From an uncultured delta proteobacterium (lineage in GTDB: Bacteria > Myxococcota_A > Polyangia > Fen-1088): a stretch of DNA of 64,000 bases. Both the position numbers and the translations under genes were made by a program. Positions within the stretch are counted from its first letter, which is position 1. The number at the start of each line of letters is the position of its first letter. This document shows, piece after piece, positions 8,175-20,261 of this stretch. The notes beneath the pieces are model-generated. The model made no database searches and was not told where the DNA came from. It saw only the letters and a program-made list of their open reading frames with translations. The stretch covers positions 64,001-128,000 of the forward strand of contig CAVWIP010000015.1 of assembly GCA_963755125.1 (NCBI GenBank), read 5' to 3'.

Positions 8175-10430
8175 ATGGCCCAGGCCACGCAGGGAAGCGG
8201 CGAATTTCACCTTTCGCGCAAGATCGCGGCCGCCGAGTTGTTGCTGGGAGCGATCGAGGTCGCGGTGTGCGCCCTGCCTCTCGTCTTGTGCGCACGCAAC
8301 CTGCCTGACCCGTGGCTATGGGCCAAGGTGCTGGTGCCGGTCCTGCTGGCTGCCTGGTCCGCTTCCCTGTTTCGGTTGGTGGACTTGTTGCGGTCTTTGA
8401 GCGAACAGTTGGCCATCCTTCAGCGAGGTGAAAAGGCCAGGGCACTGAACACTGATGGTGCGCGCCGGGCACTTGCGTTCGCGCCCCGCGAGAGTGCTCT
8501 CGTCCATTTTGTCCTGTGGACCGGCCTGGCGTTGGTGCTGGCGGCTGCGTTTTTCCGTTCAGGCGGGCGTGACCCGTTGCAGGCTGCGGCGCTGGCCACC
8601 CTCGGTGTCGTTTCGGCGGCAGGGGTGGCCGCGGTCCGTCTTCTGGTTCTTGACCGCATCCTGGGAGCTGTCCGGCCGATGCTCATGCCTCAGCTTCAGG
8701 CGGTTCACGCTTTCGCACGGCACTACCGCGGCTGGTTCGCGTGCGTGGCGCTGGCCACGCTGGGGCTGTCGCATGCCTTGCTGGCGCTGATGGCCTACGG
8801 GCCGCTGGGGTTGCTGGGATTGGCTCGGGCCGCGTTTCCCCTGTGGGCGGTGCTGGTTGCGGCGGCTTTCGTCTGGTGGCGTTCCTTTGCTCGCCGGGCC
8901 GCGCCCATCGAACAGTACTTCGACGCGACCGTCCGGGTGCGCGGCAACAAGGGCCCAGCCCGCGACGAGCCAAAGGCGGTCGCGGCGTTTCTCGCTGCGC
9001 AGGCACTGCCCTACCGACTTTCTGCCTGGCAGGGCGTCGCAGTCGGATTGGCCGGAGCTGCGGGACTAATGGGCGCGATCTGGCCCTGGCCGGGCCTTGA
9101 TGGCCGCGCGGTTGGCCGGATGGTCGTCGCGCTGACGATGATCGCTGGTGTGGTCGCAATCTATCAAAGGATCGCCTTGCAGGAGATCCTGCGGCCGCTG
9201 GTTCGCCACCTGGGCTCGCGCCACGCGCTACCGCCGGCCCAGATCACCTCGCCCGTCGGCCTTCGCCTCAAGCTGGCCGTGTCCTTCGTCGCGGTATGGG
9301 GTCTTGGCGTCGGATTCCTCTGGCTCCTGCCGCACTCCGCATCCGGCGGCGCGCGTCTGGCGTTCGCAGTCGGCATCGTGCTCGCGGCCGGTCTCGTGCT
9401 GTTAGCCGTGCGTGACGTGGTGGCTCCGTTGCGCGCCCTCGAGGAGCGCTCAGGCGAGATGTCCAAGGGACAACTTGCTCGTCCGGTGCCGCCCTGGGGC
9501 GACGCCGACGAACTTGGTCGCTTGGCAGTGATCTTCGAGGAGATGCGGCGCTCGCTGCGCGACCGGCTGCGTTCGACCGAGTCAATCAATGTCGACTTGG
9601 AGCGTGAGGTGCGCCGGCGTACCGAGGCACTGGAACAGCGCAACGCCGAACTGCGGGACGCGCTCGACAAGTTGCGACGGGCGCAGGACAACCTGATTCG
9701 GAGCGAGAAGCTGGCCTCCATGGGCCGGCTGGTGGCGGGGATCGCGCATGAGATCAACAACCCGGTCAATGCCGTCATCAACTCACTCGGGCCGCTGGAG
9801 GAGGCGGTGCGTCGTATTGCGGCGGTAGAACCCCAAGGTCCAATCGGGAAACTTGCCGCCGAGGCATCGGAGATTCTGGCCGTGGTCCAGCGCGGGGCTG
9901 CGCGGACCAAGAGCATCGTGCAAGCGCTGCACGGCTATGCGCGGGGTGATGAGTCTGTCGAGCGGGAGGTTTTCCTCGCTCGCAGCGTGGAAGACACCCT
10001 CGGTTTGCTGCAACACCGACTGCGGCACGTGCAAATCGTCAAGGAAGTGGATCCCGAGGCACGCATTCGCGGCTTTCCAGGGCAGGTGGACCAAGTCCTC
10101 ATGAATCTGCTGACCAATGCCGCGCAAGCCATTGGCGATCGCGGCGGAACCATTCGCGTCAGTGTGCAAACCAGCGATACCCGCGTGTTGCTGACCGTGA
10201 GCGACGACGGCCCGGGAATCCCGGTCGACGTGATGCCGCGAATTTTCGACCCGTTTTTCACCACCAAAGACGTGGGCGAGGGTTCAGGGCTGGGGTTGTC
10301 GATCGTTCACGGCATCATCGAGCGCCACGGCGGCGAGATCGATGTGGCCAGCAAGCCCGGGCAGGGGACGACTTTCACGATTTCGTTTCCTCGGCCGGGC
10401 GTAGAACCGCAGTCCGGACGGGCGACCTGA
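8175..10430 (+). CDS. Multi-pass membrane sensor histidine kinase (HAMP-HisKA-HATPase)
   Basis: Many hydrophobic N-terminal helices, HAMP, SEKLASMGRLVAGIAHEINNP, NLLTNA, DDGPGI, FDPFFTTK, GSGLGL. Confidence 0.92.
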   Translation: MAQATQGSGEFHLSRKIAAAELLLGAIEVAVCALPLVLCARNLPDPWLWAKVLVPVLLAAWSASLFRLVDLLRSLSEQLAILQRGEKARALNTDGARRALAFAPRESALVHFVLWTGLALVLAAAFFRSGGRDPLQAAALATLGVVSAAGVAAVRLLVLDRILGAVRPMLMPQLQAVHAFARHYRGWFACVALATLGLSHALLALMAYGPLGLLGLARAAFPLWAVLVAAAFVWWRSFARRAAPIEQYFDATVRVRGNKGPARDEPKAVAAFLAAQALPYRLSAWQGVAVGLAGAAGLMGAIWPWPGLDGRAVGRMVVALTMIAGVVAIYQRIALQEILRPLVRHLGSRHALPPAQITSPVGLRLKLAVSFVAVWGLGVGFLWLLPHSASGGARLAFAVGIVLAAGLVLLAVRDVVAPLRALEERSGEMSKGQLARPVPPWGDADELGRLAVIFEEMRRSLRDRLRSTESINVDLEREVRRRTEALEQRNAELRDALDKLRRAQDNLIRSEKLASMGRLVAGIAHEINNPVNAVINSLGPLEEAVRRIAAVEPQGPIGKLAAEASEILAVVQRGAARTKSIVQALHGYARGDESVEREVFLARSVEDTLGLLQHRLRHVQIVKEVDPEARIRGFPGQVDQVLMNLLTNAAQAIGDRGGTIRVSVQTSDTRVLLTVSDDGPGIPVDVMPRIFDPFFTTKDVGEGSGLGLSIVHGIIERHGGEIDVASKPGQGTTFTISFPRPGVEPQSGRAT

Positions 10431-10433
10431 GAT

Positions 10434-10640
10434 GGGAACCCTGAGAGGGTTCGCTTCGCCCTTCGGCCCCCCACCCGCCTCCTCCTCCCCGCTCGCTTCG
10501 CTCGGCCTCGCCAAACCTTCCCGCGATGGTCCGCGGCGAGCAACGAGGGTGCGCGCGAAGCGCGCGGGGTGGGCAGGGCGGCCGTCGGTCCCGAAGCCCC
10601 CCGCACGGGGAGCTCGCCGGCTCCCCACGCGACTAGCGCC
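10434..10640. repeat. Multi-hairpin REP/MITE-like intergenic element
   Basis: Hairpins GAACCCT-gag-AGGGTTC, GCGCGCGAAGCGCGC, GGGGAGC..GCTCCCC and GCTCGCTTCGCTCG, between convergent genes; only one copy visible. Confidence 0.4.
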
Positions 10641-10673
10641 TGTCTTGCTGGCGTGCCTGCAGAGCAGGACCGG

Positions 10674-10946
10674 CTACTTGGCTGGCTTGGCAGCGGGTGC
10701 AGGAGCGAGTGCAGGGGCCGGGGCGGCGGCGGGCGCCGCGGCAGAGGCTGCCTTCTGCGCGTGGACCATGTTTTGGACGTCAATGAGCTTGTCCATGACT
10801 TCCTTGACCCTTGTGTCCACAACCTGGACCTTCTGATCGAGAGCCTCGATCCGTTCGTCGATCGCGGCAATCGTCATCCAGAACCCGGCAACCATCACCG
10901 CAAGCAGCACAATAATGAGAAAGATGTCTAGCCTCATTTTGCCCAT
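10674..10946 (-). CDS. Small membrane-anchored coiled-coil protein with Ala/Pro tail (90 aa)
   Basis: RBS GGAGGTG, one N-terminal TM helix, heptad-like IDERIEALDQKVQVVDTRVKEV, AP-rich tail. Confidence 0.75.
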   Translation of the reverse strand: MGKMRLDIFLIIVLLAVMVAGFWMTIAAIDERIEALDQKVQVVDTRVKEVMDKLIDVQNMVHAQKAASAAAPAAAPAPALAPAPAAKPAK

Positions 10947-11083
10947 TCGACACCTCCGGCGGGCATCGTACATGAACTCATCAGCAATTCTCCAGTAAAC
11001 TGTGCATCCTTGCTCACAGTGTGTGTGCGCGATCCAGTCGTTTCGATGCGCTTGCCCCGTCGGGAAACACGGGGGACGAAAAC

Positions 11084-11111
11084 TTGACGGCTGAGTCGGC
11101 CGGGATACGGT
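11084..11111 (+). promoter_or_regulatory. Putative sigma-70 promoter of ftsK
   Basis: TTGACG-N16-TACGGT about 55 bp upstream of the ftsK ATG. Confidence 0.4.
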
Positions 11112-11164
11112 GTGTGTAGGTCTAGGTAGTAGCGAAAATACCAAGCCGACACGGGGCAAGAACA

Positions 11165-13993
<2,829 letters not shown>

Positions 13994-14137
13994 GGTAGCG
14001 TCGTGCAGCTTCGCGGGGCATCTGGATGATGGGATGCGGCTGAGAACGCAGCGAGGAGAGGAACGGCCACAGAGTGGGTGTCTGTGGGCGCCATGAGCGA
14101 AACACGCGAATCGCCGAGAACCGTTGTACAGTAAGGC

Positions 14138-14806
14138 GTGGCTCCCCTCGGGCTCTCTCTCATTCTTTACGCTGCGGCGGTGGTCGGCGCCGTGGTCGGC
14201 GCGGCGGCGGGGAGGAACCTCGTCTTTGGCGTCGGCAAGCCCATTGCTACGGTATTGTTGTTCGCGGTCTTTGGTGGCGTGCCCACCGACCCGTTCGGTT
14301 ATCTGGTATTCAACGGGATCGTCCTGTCTCTCGCCGCCGACATCTCCCTGCTGGCCGAGGGCGACGAAGCGCTCGTGGTGGGCCTTGCGCTGTTCCTGGT
14401 CGCGCATCTTTGCTACGGGTTCGCTTTCCTTGGCGCGGGGCCAAGCGGATGGCTGGTGGCACCGGGCCTGGCGGTGTTCGGCGGGTGCTCGGCATGGCTT
14501 GTGCGGCGGCAATGGCGCGGGATGGATCCGCGACTGCGCGGGCCGGTCGGTGTCCACGCCGTGAGCCTGACGGTCATGATGGCGGGTGTGTTCTCCACCC
14601 TCGCAGGCCGGGGATCGCTTGAGTTGGCCACGGTGGCGACTTTGGGCGCAACCCTGTTCTACTTTTCGCAGGCCCTGTTGCCCTGGGCGCGCCTGCGGCG
14701 CTCGTCCCTTTGGGTGCAACCCGTGATCCTCACCCTCTACTGGGGAGGGCAACTTTGTCTGGTGCTGGCGGCGCGCTGGAACCTGGTCGGGAAGGTGATG
14801 CTATGA
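14138..14806 (+). CDS. YhhN/TMEM86 (lysoplasmalogenase) family membrane protein
   Basis: Multi-TM; KP, DISL, GLALFLVAHLCY, GATLFYFS and LYWGGQ motifs of the YhhN family. Confidence 0.8.
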   Translation: MAPLGLSLILYAAAVVGAVVGAAAGRNLVFGVGKPIATVLLFAVFGGVPTDPFGYLVFNGIVLSLAADISLLAEGDEALVVGLALFLVAHLCYGFAFLGAGPSGWLVAPGLAVFGGCSAWLVRRQWRGMDPRLRGPVGVHAVSLTVMMAGVFSTLAGRGSLELATVATLGATLFYFSQALLPWARLRRSSLWVQPVILTLYWGGQLCLVLAARWNLVGKVML

Positions 14807-15483
14807 CGACCCTGTCTCTCATCCTCTTGCTCATTGCCGGCGATGTGGCTCCGCCCGACGCCCAGGCCAAGCCGGCGCGGCTTGAACTGCCGGCCGTGGT
14901 CGCGCGCGTACAAAGCCGCTATGACCAGGCCAAGGACTTCCAGGCTCGCTTCACCCAGAACTACAGCCGGTCGGTGGTGGGTCGTGTGACTGTCTCCGCC
15001 GGTCAGGTCCACTTCAAGAAGCCGGGTCGTATGCGCTGGGACTACGACAAGCCCGAGGCGCGCATGTTCCTGTCCAATGGCCAGTTTCTCTGGCTGTACG
15101 AGCCGGAGGAAAAACAGGCGTTCAAGCAGGATCTCAAGACATCGCAGTTGCCGGCTGCCCTGGCCTTCCTCATGGGCAAGGGGCGGATTGCCGACGAATT
15201 CGAGGTGGCGTGGTCCACGGATATGCACTTCGGCCACCCCGACGACTACCGTTTGTCGCTGCGGCCCAAGCAGCCTCAGTCGACCTACAAGTCCATCGTC
15301 TTTGTGGTTGATGCCGGCGACTTCTCGGTACGCGAAAGCGCGCTCACCGATCAGCAGGGTAATGTGAACCATTTCGTCTTCTCCGACCTGAAGATCAATG
15401 CCAAGGTCTCCGACGAGGTCTTTCGCTGGACCCCGCCTGCCGGGGTTCGCGTGATCGACACCGGCAAGCTGGGGAAGCCGTGA
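14803..15483 (+). CDS. lolA: Outer membrane lipoprotein carrier protein LolA
   Basis: FQARFTQ, KKPGRMRWDYDKPE, NGQFLWLYEPE; downstream of ftsK; ATGA overlap with the yhhN stop. Confidence 0.92.
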   Translation: MTTLSLILLLIAGDVAPPDAQAKPARLELPAVVARVQSRYDQAKDFQARFTQNYSRSVVGRVTVSAGQVHFKKPGRMRWDYDKPEARMFLSNGQFLWLYEPEEKQAFKQDLKTSQLPAALAFLMGKGRIADEFEVAWSTDMHFGHPDDYRLSLRPKQPQSTYKSIVFVVDAGDFSVRESALTDQQGNVNHFVFSDLKINAKVSDEVFRWTPPAGVRVIDTGKLGKP

Positions 15484-15595
15484 GGGAGGACGCGTTTCTC
15501 AGGCTGCGGGTGGAGGCCGCCTGCGCTGCGTTGGCGCAGCCGCCGCCGATTCTCATGGTCGCGACCGATGTCACCTGGGATCCTAGGGGTAATCG

Positions 15596-18500
15596 ATGAC
15601 GCGCTTGCCCCCCGCCGTCGTCGCCCTGGTTGGTTTGAGCCTGGCATCGCCCGAAGTGGCGGCCCAGATCGACAAGCCCCGCTTTATTTTCATCTTGGAC
15701 GATTCGAGTTCCATGACCTCGAACGTGGCCGGGACGCCCACCCACGGAGACGGATCACAGAGCCAGCCGGGCTGCGATCTCGACGGGAAGTCCACCGGAA
15801 GTTGGCCCTACGACGACAGCAAGCTGTATCAGGCCAAGGCGGCCATCATCGACACCATTTCGGCCTTCGGCTCGGCCGAGTTCGCCCTCGCCACCTACGC
15901 CCGCGTGCTGCTCGGGCAGCCCTGCCAGACTGACACTGACTGCACGGCCATCGTGGCGGGTGCCTCGTGCGTGGATCTGCCCGACGATGCCACCACGCAG
16001 AAGTACTGTGTTCGGCACATGGGAACTTCCTACCTGGAATGCTCGTCGGGCGCAGGCTGCATCGCATGCTCCAACCCGGCCGATACCAACGACCGCATCT
16101 TCGAGTGGGAGCAACTCGACTGTACTGTTCCCTGCGCCTATTCCAGCACTTGTCCTGGGGCGCAGGTCATCGTCGGATTCCCCAGCGCCGGCTCCAATTT
16201 TCCCGAAATATACAGTTGGATCGACGGCAAGGAGGACCTGCCTCCCTTCACCGCAACCTCGAACCGGGAGATCCGGGGTGAGACCTGGACGCCCCTGGCG
16301 GGCAGCATCGACTCCGTGCGTGACTGGTTGCTCGACGCGAGCCGAATCGACGTGGGGCCGGGCGCCGGGCTGTTGTCGAGCAATCCGGCTGCGAGCGATC
16401 CGCGTGCGGCCTGTCGATCGTACAACATTATCCTGGTTACCGACGGGGAAGACACCTGCTCGCTCGACCCCGGCAACGACCCGGTGACGGCCGCTGCCGC
16501 GGCATACGCCGCCGGGATTACGGTCTACGTGGTGGGATTTGGGACTGGCTTCTCAGATTCATTGAATCGCATGGCGGTGGCAGGATCAGGCGGCAAGAAT
16601 TCCGCCTTTATCGCCAACAATCGCGCTGACCTGGCGGCCAGCCTGGGCGACATCATCGTGAATTCCATCCCTGTGCCCCGGTGCAACTGCGATGCGACTT
16701 GCTATGACGAAGCAGCGGCTTTCCCACTGAAAGGCCAGCCGTGTTTCGTCGGGGTGGGCCGCTGCACGCGGCAAGGTGTCTACGCTTGCAACGCGACCGG
16801 CGACGGGGTGGTGTGTGCTGCGGCCGCGGGTTGCGGGGCGACGCCCCTTCAGCCCGGAACGCCCGAGCCAGAGGTGTGCGGAACCACGCCGGGCTGTCTC
16901 GCGCCTACGCCGGCCGATTGTGCCGACGAGAATTGTAACGGACAGATCGACGAAGGCCTATCTTGCGCCTGTGCTTACCAACCCGAGGTGTGCAATGGCC
17001 TGGATGACAATTGCAACGGCATCGTCGACGATGTCCCATCGGTGAGCTGTGGTTCCAGTGTGGGCGAGTGCCGACCGGGAACCACGGCCTGTGTGGACGA
17101 CGGCTCGGGCGGGAAGACGACAGTGTGTCAGGGTGGGGTGGGACCGCAGCCCGAAATCTGTGACGACAAGGACAACGACTGCGACGGCGTGATCGACGGC
17201 TTCTCGCAGGCATGCTATCCGGCAGGCCAGTCGGGGTGCACTTTCGACTCTGGCACGGGAATTTGGAGCTGCGCGGGGATTTGCGCGACGGGCATGCAGA
17301 CCTGCGTGGCGGGTACCTGGCAGAACTGCGTGGGCGCGACGCCGCCGCAGGCGGAGATCCCATGCGACGGCAAGGACAACAATTGCAACGGACAGGTTGA
17401 CGAGAATGACCCCATCTCAAGCACGCTTTGCTATCCCACGGGGGCCGTCGGCTGTGACATGACGAGCGGAAAGTGCGTCGGGGTCTGCGCCTTTGGGCAC
17501 TCAGCGTGCCAGACCAACCCCGTAACCGGCATGAGCGAGTTGGCCTGCGTGGGCGCGGTGATGCCTACGCAGGAGCTGTGCAACGGCAAGGACGACGACT
17601 GCGACGGTCTCGTCGACGAAGATTTTCCCACCCTGGGCCAGCCGTGCAACCAGGCGTCGTGCCAGGGCGCGGGGCAGTACGTCTGCAACGCCCAAGGGAC
17701 AGACGTGCAGTGTACGGTCAGTTCGGTCGGCCCCACGCCCGAGATCTGTGACGGCATTGACAACGATTGCGATGGGATTATTGACGACCCGGACGAGAAT
17801 ATGCCCGGGGTTGGCGTGACCTGCGGCAGCAACGTCGGCGAGTGTCAGCAAGGCGTCAGCGCGTGCGTGGGCGGACACATCGTGTGCAATGACGTGGGGC
17901 CCACGCCCGAAGTGTGCAACGGGAAGGATGACGACTGCGACGGAATCGTCGACGATGGCGTGGTGCCGCCGGCCAGTAGCTGCAATCCGCCTGGCCTGGC
18001 GTCTGGAGCGCCCATACAGGGCGAATGCAAGCCTGGGCATTTTCAGTGTGAGGGCGTGGCCGGCTGGGTCTGTGTTGGAGGGATTGGGCCGACCCCTGAG
18101 ATCTGCGATGGCAAAGACAACGATTGTGACGGTCAGATCGACAATGGCGCCGATTGCGGAATTGGCGCAATTTGCCTGGACGGCCAGTGTGTGCCTCTTT
18201 GCGCGGACAACGAGCAGCCATGCGCCCCCGACCGCTATTGCCAAAACGGAGCTTGCCTGCTGCGGGCGTGCGTGGAGAATCCTTGTCCGACGGGCCAATT
18301 GTGCAACGCCCAAGGCAGTTGCTACGATCCTTGCGCAGGAGTCACCTGCCTGGCGGGTGCCACTTGCCAGGGCGGTCTGTGCCAGGATTGCTACTCGCGC
18401 GGCTGTCCGGCCAGGCAGATCTGCCACAATCGCGAGTGCGAGCCCGATCCCTGCCAGGCCGTGCAGTGTGATTCGGACCAGTCTTGCAACAACGGAACTT

Positions 18501-18982
18501 GCGTGCGGAGTTGCGCGACCGTGAAGTGCCCCGCCGGCCAGAGTTGCCGGGTGGGAGTCTGTGTGACCGATCCTTGCGCAGGACTGACCTGCGCCACGGG
18601 TTCTTACTGCGATCCATCGAAGGGCACCTGTCTGAACAACCCCTGTCTGGGCATCTCGTGCGTGGCCGGCACGGTGTGCGTCCAGACGAGCGGCACGTGC
18701 GAAAGCAATCCCTGCGAGGTAGTTCGCTGCCCGGACCAGCAGGCATGCGCTGTCCAGAGTGACGGACATGCCGAGTGTGTCTTGGTCTACAATCCCAATG
18801 TGGTCGTGGCCCAGGTCAAGCCCGGGAGCAGAGGCCTGTTCGGCTGCACGGTCAGTGGCGCGGGTAGCGGGTCAGGAACTGAGGCCGGAGCCTGGGTTCT
18901 GGTGCTGCTGGGTCTGGTGCTGGCGCGCAGGCGCCGTCGTCAACCCGGTCGCTTGACCTGCTACGAATCTTCGAGAGGCTGA
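15596..18982 (+). CDS. Secreted VWA domain protein with MopE-like Cys/Asp repeats, Cys-rich stalk and MYXO-CTERM
   Basis: Signal peptide, MIDAS DDSSSM...TPLA...VTDG, about 8 E.C.G.D.DC.G.VD repeats, C-terminal GCTV..hydrophobic helix..RRRRR. Confidence 0.88.
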   Translation: MTRLPPAVVALVGLSLASPEVAAQIDKPRFIFILDDSSSMTSNVAGTPTHGDGSQSQPGCDLDGKSTGSWPYDDSKLYQAKAAIIDTISAFGSAEFALATYARVLLGQPCQTDTDCTAIVAGASCVDLPDDATTQKYCVRHMGTSYLECSSGAGCIACSNPADTNDRIFEWEQLDCTVPCAYSSTCPGAQVIVGFPSAGSNFPEIYSWIDGKEDLPPFTATSNREIRGETWTPLAGSIDSVRDWLLDASRIDVGPGAGLLSSNPAASDPRAACRSYNIILVTDGEDTCSLDPGNDPVTAAAAAYAAGITVYVVGFGTGFSDSLNRMAVAGSGGKNSAFIANNRADLAASLGDIIVNSIPVPRCNCDATCYDEAAAFPLKGQPCFVGVGRCTRQGVYACNATGDGVVCAAAAGCGATPLQPGTPEPEVCGTTPGCLAPTPADCADENCNGQIDEGLSCACAYQPEVCNGLDDNCNGIVDDVPSVSCGSSVGECRPGTTACVDDGSGGKTTVCQGGVGPQPEICDDKDNDCDGVIDGFSQACYPAGQSGCTFDSGTGIWSCAGICATGMQTCVAGTWQNCVGATPPQAEIPCDGKDNNCNGQVDENDPISSTLCYPTGAVGCDMTSGKCVGVCAFGHSACQTNPVTGMSELACVGAVMPTQELCNGKDDDCDGLVDEDFPTLGQPCNQASCQGAGQYVCNAQGTDVQCTVSSVGPTPEICDGIDNDCDGIIDDPDENMPGVGVTCGSNVGECQQGVSACVGGHIVCNDVGPTPEVCNGKDDDCDGIVDDGVVPPASSCNPPGLASGAPIQGECKPGHFQCEGVAGWVCVGGIGPTPEICDGKDNDCDGQIDNGADCGIGAICLDGQCVPLCADNEQPCAPDRYCQNGACLLRACVENPCPTGQLCNAQGSCYDPCAGVTCLAGATCQGGLCQDCYSRGCPARQICHNRECEPDPCQAVQCDSDQSCNNGTCVRSCATVKCPAGQSCRVGVCVTDPCAGLTCATGSYCDPSKGTCLNNPCLGISCVAGTVCVQTSGTCESNPCEVVRCPDQQACAVQSDGHAECVLVYNPNVVVAQVKPGSRGLFGCTVSGAGSGSGTEAGAWVLVLLGLVLARRRRRQPGRLTCYESSRG

Positions 18983-18984
18983 GG

Positions 18985-20157
18985 TTAGCCCTTTTCGAAC
19001 GCGCGTGGGGCGGCCAGGCAGTACTCGATGGCCGGCTGGATCTTTTCTGGCGGCAATCCGCGCCAGAAGACGTGCCATTCGGGAAAGCGCGCTAGTCCGT
19101 CGCACTGCTTGGCGTACCACGGGCAGATGGGATTGGAGGGCTGCGCACGCCAGAAGAAGGTCGGGTAGTCACGCGTGAGCAGCGACCAGATCTCGCCACC
19201 GATGCCTTCACCCTGGGCTTCCCGCTCGACGGCGAACTTGGACAGGTAGGGCGCCACCGGCTTCTGCCCCACCAGAGCGGCGCCCAGGTAGCCTTCTTCC
19301 AGGTAGACGCGCTCGGCATCGCCCTCGATGAGCCCGCCGGATTCCATGGCGCCGGCGACCAGGGCTCGACCGAACGCCGATTCCAAGAGCTTTTGCAGCC
19401 GCTCGCGGTCGACTCGCGCCAGACCGTCGTGGGTGTCGATGCGCGAGCCACGGCGAATCATGGTCCCCGCGCCGTTGACGGTGAACAGCTCGCGCAGAAG
19501 GTGCAAAGGGTTGACCACGGCCACGCTCATGCGCTGGGGAACCCGATCGAGCAGGTTCTTCACGTGCCGGAGCAGCGAGGCATGGCGGCGTGACAGGTGG
19601 CCAGTTGCCATCAGCCGTTCGTAGTCGTTGGACAGGTTGACCAGCGAGATGGAGGGCGCGCCCTCTCGCTCGAGGCCGGAGCTGGTGGAAAGAAACACCA
19701 CCTTACGGGTTTCCAGGCCAGTGGCCAGGCTGTGCAGCAAGCGAAAGCGGTCTTCGATGTCGAGTTCCTTGGCCGCGTCCAGCGATACGATGGGGATGGT
19801 GTTTTGCTGGAGAGTCTCGCGCACCGCCTCGCGAATGGCGGCCGGAAGATCCGGACCCGAACCGATTGTCCGGGCGGACACCTCGTCCTCCAGCAGCCAT
19901 TCCAGGATGCGCTGCGATTGTCGATCGGCGTCGCGCGCGTCGAGCAGGCCGACCAGCACCACGGGATTGAGGCCCAGGCCGGCCAGGATGCGCAGGTCGA
20001 AGTGAAAAGGATCGAGCGCGGCGCGCACGATCTGGGCGTCGGCCACGATGATGGCGAAGCTCTCCTTGCGCTGGGCGCGGAAGAGCTTCAGGTAGAGATC
20101 CACGTCAGCCTTCTGGCCCACACTTTCGAGAAAGCGTTGGATGACTTCTGGTTCCAT
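18985..20157 (-). CDS. N-acetylglutamate synthase, vertebrate/Xanthomonas-like (degenerate AAK domain + DUF619 NAT domain)
   Basis: YLSKFAVEREAQGEGIG, FFWRA..NPICPWY, W.VFWRG; ELFTVNGAGT arginine-site motif. Confidence 0.8.
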   Translation of the reverse strand: MEPEVIQRFLESVGQKADVDLYLKLFRAQRKESFAIIVADAQIVRAALDPFHFDLRILAGLGLNPVVLVGLLDARDADRQSQRILEWLLEDEVSARTIGSGPDLPAAIREAVRETLQQNTIPIVSLDAAKELDIEDRFRLLHSLATGLETRKVVFLSTSSGLEREGAPSISLVNLSNDYERLMATGHLSRRHASLLRHVKNLLDRVPQRMSVAVVNPLHLLRELFTVNGAGTMIRRGSRIDTHDGLARVDRERLQKLLESAFGRALVAGAMESGGLIEGDAERVYLEEGYLGAALVGQKPVAPYLSKFAVEREAQGEGIGGEIWSLLTRDYPTFFWRAQPSNPICPWYAKQCDGLARFPEWHVFWRGLPPEKIQPAIEYCLAAPRAFEKG

Positions 20158-20261
20158 CAGGAAATGGCCCGCAAAGAAGCAACCATGACCCCAGCATGGC
20201 GTTGCCGTCAATCGCGGATGTGGCTGCGGCTCGCGGCAGTGGTACTCTGGCCGTCGGTAAC

